Part shown: piece by piece, positions 19,566 through 29,068 of the stretch
Layout: each line of letters opens with the position of its first letter
How positions within the stretch are numbered: the first letter of the stretch is position 1
NCBI GenBank assembly: GCA_963665095.1
Contig: OY762069.1
Span: 6,112,001 to 6,176,000, forward strand
Length of the DNA: 64,000 nt
Reading direction: 5' to 3'
From: an uncultured Desulfobacter sp.
Lineage (GTDB): Bacteria; Desulfobacterota; Desulfobacteria; Desulfobacterales; Desulfobacteraceae
Program-made: the position numbers and the translations under genes
The notes under the pieces: model-generated
What the model was told of the DNA's origin: nothing
Database searches by the model: none
Seen by the model: only the letters and a program-made list of their open reading frames with translations

Positions 19566-20690
19566 ATGGAGAACAGTGACGGCTATTTATTGAAATACGC
19601 AGGAAAAAGCCATGGGCATGGATTTTCCAGCACCAGGGATCATCAGCTTGATGCATATATCCGGTATACCTGGAGAAATACGCTTTTCATCATTGCGTTG
19701 ACAGTTTTACTCCTTATTCTCGGAACGGTCACGATTGTTCTGGGGCCGCTTAAAATGTCCATAGCTGATGTGTATGCCACCATTTTTCATCGATTTCTCC
19801 CCAGTCTTTTTTCAACCCCCGGAGAACTGGCCGAAAGAACCATCTGGTATATCCGGCTTCCCAGGCTGATCATGGGGATTGCAGCCGGCTTCAGTTTAGC
19901 GATTTCCGGTGCCGTGATGCAGCCGGTTTTACGGAATCCACTGGCAAGCCCATTCACCTTAGGGATATCTGCGGGTGCGGGGTTTGGTGCTGCCATTGCC
20001 ATTGTTTTCCAGAAAAGTTTTGGCACCGGGACCTTTTTCGTGGTCTCCAACGCCTTTGTATTTGCCCTGGTTACCGCCTTTGTCATCCTGGCGCTTTCCC
20101 GGTACAAAGGGGCCACCCCTGAAACCATGATTCTGACAGGGGTGGCTATTTCTTATCTGTTCCATGCCGCCACGACCCTGATGGAGTATTTTGCCGACGC
20201 ATGGGCGGTCAGGGAGGTGGTTTTCTGGCTGGTGGGAAGCCTGGCCAAGGCGACCTGGGGAAATCTTGCCTATATCCTTTGCGTGCTGTTGTTCTGTACG
20301 CCTGTCCTTATCTATAAATCCTGGGATTTGAATGTCATGAGTATCGGAGACGATGCCGCAAGAAGCCTTGGCACCCGGGTACAAAAAACACGCATGCTGC
20401 TCATGGTGGTTGCCTCGCTGGTGACGGCCACCACCATCTGTTTTACGGGAACCATTGGTTTCATAGGCCTGGTGGCGCCGCATATCACCCGCATGATCAT
20501 CGGGGGGGATAACCGCTTTGTGGTGCCGGCCTCAGGGCTTTTAGGCGCTCTGATGCTTGCCGGTGCCGACATTCTGGCCGTCAATATCATCTCCCCCACA
20601 GTGATTCCCATTGGTGTAATGACCTCATTCATGGGGGTTCCCCTGTTTATTTACCTGATCATAAAAAGAAAGCGGGAAACCTGGTTATGA
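19566..20690 (+). CDS. FecCD/BtuC-family ABC permease
   Basis: IRLPR, Q..LRNPLASPFTLG.SAGA.FGA, G...ARSLG, GTIGFIGLVAPH, IP.G..T...G.P.F. Confidence 0.95.
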   Translation: MENSDGYLLKYAGKSHGHGFSSTRDHQLDAYIRYTWRNTLFIIALTVLLLILGTVTIVLGPLKMSIADVYATIFHRFLPSLFSTPGELAERTIWYIRLPRLIMGIAAGFSLAISGAVMQPVLRNPLASPFTLGISAGAGFGAAIAIVFQKSFGTGTFFVVSNAFVFALVTAFVILALSRYKGATPETMILTGVAISYLFHAATTLMEYFADAWAVREVVFWLVGSLAKATWGNLAYILCVLLFCTPVLIYKSWDLNVMSIGDDAARSLGTRVQKTRMLLMVVASLVTATTICFTGTIGFIGLVAPHITRMIIGGDNRFVVPASGLLGALMLAGADILAVNIISPTVIPIGVMTSFMGVPLFIYLIIKRKRETWL

Positions 20691-21502
20691 GGCTGAAAAT
20701 AAACGATATCGTGTTCGGCTATAACAGTATTCCTGTTTTAAATGGAGTTTCGTTTGAACTGGCACCCGGAGAGGTCCTCTCCATTGTGGGGCCCAATGGT
20801 ACTGGAAAATCCACGCTGCTGCGATGCATGAACGGCCTCATGCGTCCGGACAAAGGAGATATCTTCCTGGGCAATGAAAATCTTGGGACCATGAAGCGGT
20901 TACAGATCGCGCAAAACCTGGGGTATGTTCCCCAGTCCTTTGAAACGGTTTTCCCTTTAAAGGTGCTTGACATGGTTCTTCTGGGGCGTCAGCCCCATGT
21001 GGCATGGAAAAGAACCCGGCAGGATCTGGAAAAAGCCTATGCCGCCCTGTATCTCACAGGCATCGAAAATCTTGCCATGCGCAGTTTCAGCGAAATCAGC
21101 GGGGGCCAGCAGCAGAAGGTGATTATTGCAAGGGCCCTGGCCCAGGAAGCGCGGATTCTGCTGCTGGATGAGCCGACGAGCAACCTGGATATCATGCACC
21201 AGCTCGAAGTTATGGAACTGATTAAAGACCTGGTGTCTGCCATGGCGCTTGCGGCAGTTGTTTCCGTACATGATCTCAACCTTGCTGCCCGATATTCCGA
21301 CCGGGTGCTGATGCTGCATCAGGGCCGGATTGTTGCCGCCGGCGATCCGATGTCCGTATTTACCCGGGACAATATTGCCGTTGTCTACCACGTTGAGGCA
21401 AGGGTGGACCGTGTGGACGGCAGACCCCACATCATCCCGCTGAAACCACTTCATCATAACGGATCAGAAAGGAGTAAAATTGACCATAAAAATGAATACT
21501 GA
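20687..21502 (+). CDS. FecE/BtuD-family ABC ATPase
   Basis: GPNGTGKST, ISGGQQQ, LLLDEPTSNLD, HDLNLA. ATGA overlap with the permease. Confidence 0.95.
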   Translation: MRLKINDIVFGYNSIPVLNGVSFELAPGEVLSIVGPNGTGKSTLLRCMNGLMRPDKGDIFLGNENLGTMKRLQIAQNLGYVPQSFETVFPLKVLDMVLLGRQPHVAWKRTRQDLEKAYAALYLTGIENLAMRSFSEISGGQQQKVIIARALAQEARILLLDEPTSNLDIMHQLEVMELIKDLVSAMALAAVVSVHDLNLAARYSDRVLMLHQGRIVAAGDPMSVFTRDNIAVVYHVEARVDRVDGRPHIIPLKPLHHNGSERSKIDHKNEY

Positions 21503-23087
21503 CATTGGGAAAGCCCTTTTCCTTCTTGTTGCCGGCTGTGTGCTTGCCTGCAATGGCCTGTTTGGCTGTTCATCTTCAAAAGAGAGCGAACAGGGGGATA
21601 AAAAAATATTGGTCATTGGTTCCCAGTTCGATATTGGCGGGAGCATTGATCCCCGGCAGGGGATTGGCGGGCCCAGCCTTTCGCCTAAGCTGCTTGTATT
21701 TGAAACCCCGGTCTATTTTGATGAAAATTACAAAATGCAGCCCCTGCTGCTGACCTCCTGGGATGCATCGCCGGATGCAAAAACATGGACGGTTCATCTG
21801 CGCCAGGGCGTCTCATTTACGGATGGCTCGCCATTTAATGCTGAGGCGCTTATTTTTTCTGTCCGGTACATGGCAGGGCCCAGGTCAAAGCTGTCCAATG
21901 TTCAGGCCATGGATCCGCTGGATGAATACACCTTGCGTTTTTCTTTAAAACATCCCGATGCCATCTTCATGCACACCATATCCTCACTGGGAATAATGAG
22001 CCCTGCGTGTGTGGACAAAGAAGGCCGGTTTATCAAGGCCGTGGGGACCGGACCGTTCAAGTACGTCAGTTATTCTGAAGGCCGCGAGCTGGTTTATCAG
22101 AAAAATGCCGATTACTGGGGAGAGGCGCCAAAAGCCGACGGGGTGATTATTAAAATGATCCCTGATTTTAATACCCGGGCAATGGCCCTGGAGTCAGGTG
22201 AAGTTGATGTGGCCGACTACCTGCCAGCCGAAGTCCTCAAGAAGCTGGAAGCGGATACCGGCTTTTCGGTGATACGCAGGATCCCAAGTCCCTGTCCCAA
22301 CTGGATCGGGATGAATACAAAAAAGGAACCTTTTGATGATGTAAGGGTTCGAAAGGCTGTCAACTATAGCGTTGACGTGGTGGGCATTGTTGATAAACTG
22401 ATCAACTCCATTCTGTCTGACTTAGCTGTACCGGCAACCCGCGGCCCCCATTCCCAGCCGTTATTCAACCACATCATGAATCCTGATTTGGCATGGTACG
22501 GCTATGATCCTGCAAAGGCAAGACAGTTGCTTTCGGATGCCGGGTGGGTGGATACGGACGGTGATGGCGTGGTGGAGAAAAATGGAAAACCCTTCCGGGT
22601 CGAGTTGATATCTTCTTTGCTGTATGCAGAAGGAACTGAGATTGCCGAAGCCATTCAAAGCCAGATGAAAGCTGTGGGGATGGATGTCTCCGTTCGTGTG
22701 CTGGAGTCTGGTGCACGGTTTCAGGCCTATAGAGAGAAAAAATATGACCTGATCGAGCTTGGGGGGATTTGTCCGCATAACGATCCTTCGCCATGGTATG
22801 AATACTTTTTTCATTCCCGGAAACATCGCGCTTACGCCATCATGGAAGACCCGGCAATTGATGCTGAGATTGACCGGCTGTCATCGGCCGTTGGCCCGGA
22901 ATCCAGAAAAAAGTGTTTTTACCGGCTGCAATCCCTTTTGGAAGAAAGCGCGCCGGGAATATTTTTATACAGTCAGCAGGGCGTCATGGCGTTTCGCAGC
23001 CAGGTAACCGGAATTAAGATCAACTGCGGAATGACAGGGGCTTACTCCTATGCCAGGTACGTGGATAAACAGGCCTGTGGCGACTGA
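21492..23087 (+). CDS. ABC substrate-binding lipoprotein, NikA/DppA/OppA class (SBP_bac_5)
   Basis: Lipobox LFGC, LR.GV.F.DG.PFNA, GTGPF, FDD.RVRKA, YDP.KA..LL..AGW.D.DGDG..EK.G. Confidence 0.93.
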   Translation: MNTDIGKALFLLVAGCVLACNGLFGCSSSKESEQGDKKILVIGSQFDIGGSIDPRQGIGGPSLSPKLLVFETPVYFDENYKMQPLLLTSWDASPDAKTWTVHLRQGVSFTDGSPFNAEALIFSVRYMAGPRSKLSNVQAMDPLDEYTLRFSLKHPDAIFMHTISSLGIMSPACVDKEGRFIKAVGTGPFKYVSYSEGRELVYQKNADYWGEAPKADGVIIKMIPDFNTRAMALESGEVDVADYLPAEVLKKLEADTGFSVIRRIPSPCPNWIGMNTKKEPFDDVRVRKAVNYSVDVVGIVDKLINSILSDLAVPATRGPHSQPLFNHIMNPDLAWYGYDPAKARQLLSDAGWVDTDGDGVVEKNGKPFRVELISSLLYAEGTEIAEAIQSQMKAVGMDVSVRVLESGARFQAYREKKYDLIELGGICPHNDPSPWYEYFFHSRKHRAYAIMEDPAIDAEIDRLSSAVGPESRKKCFYRLQSLLEESAPGIFLYSQQGVMAFRSQVTGIKINCGMTGAYSYARYVDKQACGD

Positions 23088-23094
23088 GCATTAA

Positions 23095-24039
23095 ATGAAA
23101 GCTTATATTTTAAATCGGATCGCATGGACAGTGGCGGTGGTAATCGGGGTTACCATGCTGACCTTTTTCCTGCTGTTTGTCCTTCCCGGCGACCCTGCCG
23201 AGATGCTGGCCATTTCAAAGTACGGTGCACAGGACGCCACAAAGGAAGCCATTGAAAGGATTCGGGTTCAAGAAGGGCTCAACCGGCCCATTCCGGTTCA
23301 GTATGCACTATGGCTAAGCGGTGTGCTGACCGGTGATCTGGGGAAATCCAGGTTGTCCGGTAAACCTGTATGGGAGAGCATTGTTAAAAGGCTTCCTGCC
23401 ACTCTAATACTTGCCGGTACAAGTCTTTTGCTGTCTCTTTGCATGGGCATGGTCTTTGGGATCATTGCGGCGGTGAGGCAGAATACATTCTGGGACTACT
23501 TTTTCACCGGCGGATCACTGATGGGCGTTGCCATCCCCAATTTCTGGTTCGGGCTGATGTTGATTTTAATTTTTGGATTATATTTCAATCTGTTGCCGAC
23601 ATTCGGTTACGGCACATGGCGGCACATTATTTTGCCTGCGGTAACGGTGGCGGTATCAATGGTCGGCATCACGGCGCGTCTGACCCGGTCCACCGTGATT
23701 GAGGTGCTGTCCCGGGATTATATAAAGACCGCAAGAGCCAAAGGGCTGTCCGGTGATGTGATCCTTTATCGCCATGTGATTAAAAACGCGTTGATTCCCA
23801 TTATTACCATTGCAGGCATCCAGTGCGGACACCTGCTCGAGGGTACTGTTATTGTTGAAATGGTGTTTGCATGGCCCGGTATCGGCCGGCTGTTGATCAA
23901 CGCTGTCCAGAACCGGGATTTCCCGGTAATCCAGGGCTGCGTACTCTATATCGCGTTCATTTTTTGTCTGATGAATCTTTTGCTTGATCTCGCCTACATG
24001 TATATAGACCCGCGGGTCAGGTTGGTGCAGCATGATTGA
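23095..24039 (+). CDS. NikB/DppB-type ABC permease
   Basis: PGDPA, GDLG.S, IP.FW, ILP, YI.TARAKGL, E.VF.WPG.G, DPR. Confidence 0.94.
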   Translation: MKAYILNRIAWTVAVVIGVTMLTFFLLFVLPGDPAEMLAISKYGAQDATKEAIERIRVQEGLNRPIPVQYALWLSGVLTGDLGKSRLSGKPVWESIVKRLPATLILAGTSLLLSLCMGMVFGIIAAVRQNTFWDYFFTGGSLMGVAIPNFWFGLMLILIFGLYFNLLPTFGYGTWRHIILPAVTVAVSMVGITARLTRSTVIEVLSRDYIKTARAKGLSGDVILYRHVIKNALIPIITIAGIQCGHLLEGTVIVEMVFAWPGIGRLLINAVQNRDFPVIQGCVLYIAFIFCLMNLLLDLAYMYIDPRVRLVQHD

Positions 24040-24883
24040 CATCCCCGACAACATCAGGCGGCTTGCCCGGCACCGGCTGGCCCTTGCCGGTGGAATCATC
24101 ATTATAATAATGGCCGGTATGGCCATCCTGGCCCCGTATCTTGTTCCCCATGATCCGGCAATCGTGGATTTGGACCACAGCCTTGTTAAACCCTGTACAG
24201 ACTACCCCATGGGCACCAATAAACTGGGCAGATGTGTGTTGTCCCAGTTGATTTTTGGCGCAAGGATTACTATTGGCACCGGTATACTGGTGGTTCTGGC
24301 GACAGCTGCAATCGGTATGATGATCGGTATTGTATCCGGCTATTTCGGCGGACTGACCGATACGCTTATCATGCGGTTTACCGATATGATGCTGGCGCTG
24401 CCCGGGATCATTCTGGCATTAATCATTGCCGGACTGCTTGGTCCGGGCATCTTTAATCTCATGCTTGCCCTGGTGGTCACCGGCTGGACCGGATTTGCCA
24501 GGGTGGTGCGCGGTACGGTGCTGTCACTCAAGGAGTCCGGGTTTATCGAGTCTGCCAGAGTGCTGGGCGCATCTGAAATTTACATCATCCGTGTTCACAT
24601 TATTCCCAATTGTCTGTCCCCGGTGATTATCCTGTCCACCTTTGGTGTGGCCCGGGCCATTCTGGCCATATCTGCATTGAGTTTTCTGGGGCTGGGTTCC
24701 CAGCCTCCGAACCTGGACTGGGGCTTCATGCTTAAGGACAGTGTCATGTACATGCGGACAGCCCCCTATCTCGCGATTTATCCCGGTCTGGCCGTTATGA
24801 TATCCGTGCTTGCATTTAATTTCTTCGGTGACGGCTTAAGGGATTATTTTGATGTGGCAGAAAACCAGGGCCGGGATTTGTAA
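24032..24883 (+). CDS. NikC/DppC-type ABC permease
   Basis: GT..LGR, GAR, R..D...A.P, ARVVR, LSFLGLG..PP..DWG, GDGLRD. Confidence 0.94.
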   Translation: MIDIPDNIRRLARHRLALAGGIIIIIMAGMAILAPYLVPHDPAIVDLDHSLVKPCTDYPMGTNKLGRCVLSQLIFGARITIGTGILVVLATAAIGMMIGIVSGYFGGLTDTLIMRFTDMMLALPGIILALIIAGLLGPGIFNLMLALVVTGWTGFARVVRGTVLSLKESGFIESARVLGASEIYIIRVHIIPNCLSPVIILSTFGVARAILAISALSFLGLGSQPPNLDWGFMLKDSVMYMRTAPYLAIYPGLAVMISVLAFNFFGDGLRDYFDVAENQGRDL

Positions 24884-25824
24884 TGGAACTGCTGTCGATT
24901 CAAAATTTAAACGTGTGGTTTGACACAGGCCGTGCCACGGTCAAAGCCAATGACGGCATTGATTTAACCATCTGCCACAGTGAAAGAATCGGCATCATCG
25001 GTGAGACCGGATGCGGAAAAACCATTCTTGGTCATGCGTTGATGCGGCTGTTACCGTCAAATTCCCAGCTGCAGGGACAGATTTTTTATAAGGGAGAGGA
25101 TATCCTTTCGCTGCCTGAACAAGCGCTGCAGAGGATTCGCGGCAGGCAGATCGCAATGATATTTCAGAATCCCCGCCTGGCCTTGAATCCGGTGATGACC
25201 ATTTATGACCAGATCATGGAAATTTACCGGTACCGTCTGGGCATGCCAAAGGAAGAGATCACGGCGGCGGTTACCCGGGTGCTGGAGATGGTTGGGGTTG
25301 ATTCCGGGCGAATGAAAGAATACCCCCATCAGTTCAGTGGCGGGATGAATCAGCGGGTGATGATCGCCATGGCAATGGCATTCAACCCTGAACTGCTGGT
25401 GGCGGATGAAATAACCAAGGGGCTGGATCTGCCGGTAAAACGCAAAATTGTCAGGCAGCTGGCCCAGGTGACAACGGGCCGCAGCATGCTTTTGATTACC
25501 CATGATCTGTCTGTGGCCAAAGCGCTTTGCGACCGGATTGCGGTGATGTATGCCGGTGAGCTTGTGGAGATCAATCATACAGATGCCATATTCAATAATC
25601 CCATTCACCCTTACACAAGGGGACTGATAAATGCGTTGCCTTCATCCGGAATGCAGCCCATTGAGGGTCACACGCCGAGTTTGAGTGATCTTCCCGACGG
25701 CTGCCGGTTTCATCCACGATGTAAGGTAAAGAAAAACCTGTGTCTGCGATCCCATCCGCAGATGCAGAAATATGCAAACGGTGGGTATGTCAGGTGCTTT
25801 ATAAATGCCGGTACTGATTGTTGA
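24883..25824 (+). CDS. NikD/OppD-type ABC ATPase
   Basis: GETGCGKT, YPHQFSGGM.QR, ITHDL, HPYT, C-terminal GCRFHPRC...C...C. Confidence 0.93.
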   Translation: MELLSIQNLNVWFDTGRATVKANDGIDLTICHSERIGIIGETGCGKTILGHALMRLLPSNSQLQGQIFYKGEDILSLPEQALQRIRGRQIAMIFQNPRLALNPVMTIYDQIMEIYRYRLGMPKEEITAAVTRVLEMVGVDSGRMKEYPHQFSGGMNQRVMIAMAMAFNPELLVADEITKGLDLPVKRKIVRQLAQVTTGRSMLLITHDLSVAKALCDRIAVMYAGELVEINHTDAIFNNPIHPYTRGLINALPSSGMQPIEGHTPSLSDLPDGCRFHPRCKVKKNLCLRSHPQMQKYANGGYVRCFINAGTDC

Positions 25825-26569
25825 GAAGTTGACAAAATATTTTGAATCCGGCCTTTTCCAAAGGAAAAAGCAAAAAGCCGTTGAGGGGGTCTCTTTTGAG
25901 ATTTTAAAGGGGGAGACCCTGGGCTTGATCGGTGAAAGCGGCAGCGGCAAAACAACCATTGCCCGTATGATTCTAAAACTGATTGAGCCTTCGGCCGGGC
26001 ATATCTTCTTCAATGGCGCCGATGTCACACAGACCGGCAGAAAACAGACAAGGGGGATACGGAAAGAGATGCAGATGGTGTTTCAGAATCCTGAAACCGC
26101 GTTTAATCCGAAAATGAAGCTTAAGCACAGTATGGCGGAGCCTTTGCGGGTCCACAGGCTTGTCAGACGGAAGGATGAAGAGGAAAAGGTGGTCGAAATG
26201 GCCAGGCGTCTTGACCTGAACACAGAGCTTTTAGACAGATACCCCCATGAGTTAAGCGGCGGACAGATCCAGAGAGCCGTATTGGCAAGGGTTCTGTGCC
26301 TGAATCCTAAACTCATTGTATTGGATGAACCCACATCCATGCTGGATGTGTCCTATCAGGCGCAGATATTAAATTTACTCAAGGAGATACAGCAGGCATG
26401 TAACATCTCTTATCTCTTCATTTCACATGATCTGGATGTGGTCAATTTTATGAGTGATAAAATCGGCGTGCTGCATACCGGGAAACTGGTCGAATACGGG
26501 TTCAGGGATCAGGTTCTGAAAGCCCCCCGGCACTGGTATACAAAAGAGTTGATTTCCAATGGCCTTTGA
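25805..26569 (+). CDS. NikE/OppF-type ABC ATPase
   Basis: GESGSGKT, YPHELSGGQ.QR, DEPTS.LD, ISHDL. Confidence 0.93.
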   Translation: MPVLIVEKLTKYFESGLFQRKKQKAVEGVSFEILKGETLGLIGESGSGKTTIARMILKLIEPSAGHIFFNGADVTQTGRKQTRGIRKEMQMVFQNPETAFNPKMKLKHSMAEPLRVHRLVRRKDEEEKVVEMARRLDLNTELLDRYPHELSGGQIQRAVLARVLCLNPKLIVLDEPTSMLDVSYQAQILNLLKEIQQACNISYLFISHDLDVVNFMSDKIGVLHTGKLVEYGFRDQVLKAPRHWYTKELISNGL

Positions 26570-26716
26570 TTGGGAACGCCCATAAATTGAATGGCATGAT
26601 TTGGCAAAAGTAGCATAGGCGATGGGTATGGATGATGCGCAAACAACGTTAAAATCGGATCTAAGGAAGATGACCGTTGTCTTTCAATTCTAAAATAATG
26701 GCAGGAGGAATATCAA

Positions 26717-27595
26717 ATGGAATCGGAAAAAATAGTGACCCCTGAATTCTGGAAATCTCAATGGGAGTCCAGCCGAAAGTCATCTTTTTATGCCCGGAAA
26801 AAAATTCGTAGCGAATCCGAAACAGTAAAATTCTGGGATGACATGGCCCCTGAATACGGGAAAATGACATCTGAGAGATCAGGTGACCGTGTACAAAGGG
26901 TTATTGAACTGCTCGAACGGGACAATATCCTTACGCCTGACGCGCGGGTTCTGGATGTCGGGTGCGGACCTGGGAACTATGCACTGCCTGTTGCCAGGCG
27001 TTGCACGCATGTCACCGCACTGGACAGTTCATCGGGCATGTGTGACATCCTTGAAAAAGAAGCAGAAAACAAAAACCAGGAAAACATAAAAGTCATTTGT
27101 AATCCATGGGGAGATATCGATCTTGAAAAAGAGTCTCTGGATAAAAGATTTGATCTTGTTTTTGCATCCATGACACCGGCTGTCTGGGATTATGACTCTC
27201 TTAACAAGATGATCCGGGCGTCTGACAGATATTGTTGCCTGATTACGACAACCGGAAAAGGGTTTGGCAATTCAAGGTATGATATCTGGCGCAAGGTGTT
27301 TCAGGAAGAAAACACAACCCATCAATCCGGGTTTATATTTATTTTTAATCTGCTGTTCAGCTTAGGTTATCGGCCGGTTGTTCAATATTTAAATTTTGTA
27401 TGGGACAGGGAAGACCCGGAAGAAAAGGTCGTTAAAAGGCTGCTTCGCTCTTTGTGGTTATATACGGAAATAACGCCGGATATAACTGAACTGGTTACCC
27501 ACTATGTGAAAGAACGTTCAGAAGGCGGCATTTTCAGGGAGAAGGCAGACACCTGCCTGGGTATGATGGTCTGGGATGTTAATATCAAAGAGTGA
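26717..27595 (+). CDS. Class I SAM-dependent methyltransferase
   Basis: FWD..A..Y, VLDVGCGPG, ALD.S..M, FDLVFAS. AGGAGG RBS. Confidence 0.9.
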   Translation: MESEKIVTPEFWKSQWESSRKSSFYARKKIRSESETVKFWDDMAPEYGKMTSERSGDRVQRVIELLERDNILTPDARVLDVGCGPGNYALPVARRCTHVTALDSSSGMCDILEKEAENKNQENIKVICNPWGDIDLEKESLDKRFDLVFASMTPAVWDYDSLNKMIRASDRYCCLITTTGKGFGNSRYDIWRKVFQEENTTHQSGFIFIFNLLFSLGYRPVVQYLNFVWDREDPEEKVVKRLLRSLWLYTEITPDITELVTHYVKERSEGGIFREKADTCLGMMVWDVNIKE

Positions 27596-27720
27596 TGGCG
27601 TTGTAAAAAGTCTCCGCCTACTTCGTTATGGTCTCTGACCAGACGCTCGACATACTATGTGTATGACTTCGCCCCTGGTCAGACACCATGCCTTGTAGGC
27701 GAAGATTTTTACTTAGCCAT
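27595..27720 (+). repeat. 126-bp imperfect palindrome (ERIC/REPIN-like miniature element), copy 2
   Basis: Nested stems ATGGC/GCCAT, GTAAAAA/TTTTTAC, CGCCTAC/GTAGGCG, TCTGACCAG/CTGGTCAGA and central hairpin CATAC-TATGT-GTATG. Begins at the methyltransferase stop. Confidence 0.82.
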
Positions 27721-27765
27721 TGGATGGAGTTTTAACCGGTTCATCAAAGAGTAACGGAGTTAATA

Positions 27766-29064
27766 ATGATTCGATTAAGCAGGATTACCGAAGACACCGT
27801 ACTTTCACACAATTCCCATGCCATTTATCCCGGCGCGCATTGTGCGTTTTTCGGTGTGGCCGGAATGGTCCCTCTGATTAAGGACAGCTATGCACTGATG
27901 GTTGGACCTACGGTGTGTCTGTATAATGCAAAGCTGATGATCAATTTGAGATCCCTGACATCCGAACCCCGGCCGGACAATCTGCTCTTGTTGCCCATTT
28001 CCCAGGAAGATGTGATTTTCGGTGCCAGGGAAAAGGTGCGCCAGGGCATCATTGAGGCTGACAGGCAATATCATCCCAAGGTCCTTTTCGTGGTTACCAC
28101 CTGTGTTCAGGAAATAATTGGTGAAGATTTTGATCTGTTCGTTGAAGAGGTCCGGCCGGAAGTGGATGCCACGCTATTGGTGGTTCATACGGATAATTTT
28201 ACCTGTGAAGATGCCTCACCCGGTATAGAGCGTACCTACCTTGCCCTTTCCGAACTGATGCAGCCTCAGAACCTTGTCCCGGGATCCGTCAATTTTCTGG
28301 GATTGCGGGCCCCGGGTGGCAGAAAAACCGAACCTGCCCGCCTGCTGGAAAAAAACGGCATAAAAATAAACAATGTTATTCCTTCATACAGTACCCCCGA
28401 AGATATCAGCCGTGCACCTGAATCCTCATTGAATATCGTTCTGGAACACTTTGCTTTGCCTCTTGCCCAGAAAATGGCCCGGCAGTTCGCCACACCATAT
28501 CTGTTTTGTGAACGGCCATATACGCCGGATGCCATTGAGGCCTGGTATTGTCAGATTGCAGATAGACTGGGCATAGACATTGACAGGGATATCCGCCGGT
28601 TAAAAGAGGAGACAAAAGCATGTATGAAAGAACGGGCAGCCACCCTTGAAGGCAGCACCTTTATCCTGGGAATGCAGCAGGGGCGCACTTTTGATATAGC
28701 ACAATTTTTAGTCCAGATGGGAATGACGCCTCTATTGATCTATGTGAACCGGATCCATTCACACGATTATGAAGATATTGCATCGTTGCTGTCCTGTGGC
28801 GTTGACCCCTTTGTAATGAAAAGTGGGGATGCGTTAAGAAGTGATGAAATACTCAATGAGCTGAAACCCGATTACTTCATCGGCCATGGAGACCGGCGGA
28901 CATTGGCCTCTTTTGGTGTGAAATCCCGCAGTCTGATCCGTGTCTATGATTTTCCGGGTTTTGAAGGGGCTCAGCAGGCGGCTCAATTATTGGAAATGCC
29001 ATTAACCGGGGACGGCGTTCTGAACTATAAGGAACAGTATATCGCCAGCAGCAAAGGAGTTTGA
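27766..29064 (+). CDS. Nitrogenase-like component 1, alpha/D/BchN-type subunit (Oxidored_nitro)
   Basis: PG.HC26..FG, GP..C51, EDVIFG, TTC113..EIIGED, VNFLG. No FeMo-co ligand motifs recognised. Confidence 0.88.
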   Translation: MIRLSRITEDTVLSHNSHAIYPGAHCAFFGVAGMVPLIKDSYALMVGPTVCLYNAKLMINLRSLTSEPRPDNLLLLPISQEDVIFGAREKVRQGIIEADRQYHPKVLFVVTTCVQEIIGEDFDLFVEEVRPEVDATLLVVHTDNFTCEDASPGIERTYLALSELMQPQNLVPGSVNFLGLRAPGGRKTEPARLLEKNGIKINNVIPSYSTPEDISRAPESSLNIVLEHFALPLAQKMARQFATPYLFCERPYTPDAIEAWYCQIADRLGIDIDRDIRRLKEETKACMKERAATLEGSTFILGMQQGRTFDIAQFLVQMGMTPLLIYVNRIHSHDYEDIASLLSCGVDPFVMKSGDALRSDEILNELKPDYFIGHGDRRTLASFGVKSRSLIRVYDFPGFEGAQQAAQLLEMPLTGDGVLNYKEQYIASSKGV

Positions 29065-29068
29065 AAAA

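Noticed and set aside
26603..26637. Sigma-54 promoter (TGGCA...GC) before the second methyltransferase
   Set aside because: GG-to-GC spacing is 9 or 8 nt, not the required 10.
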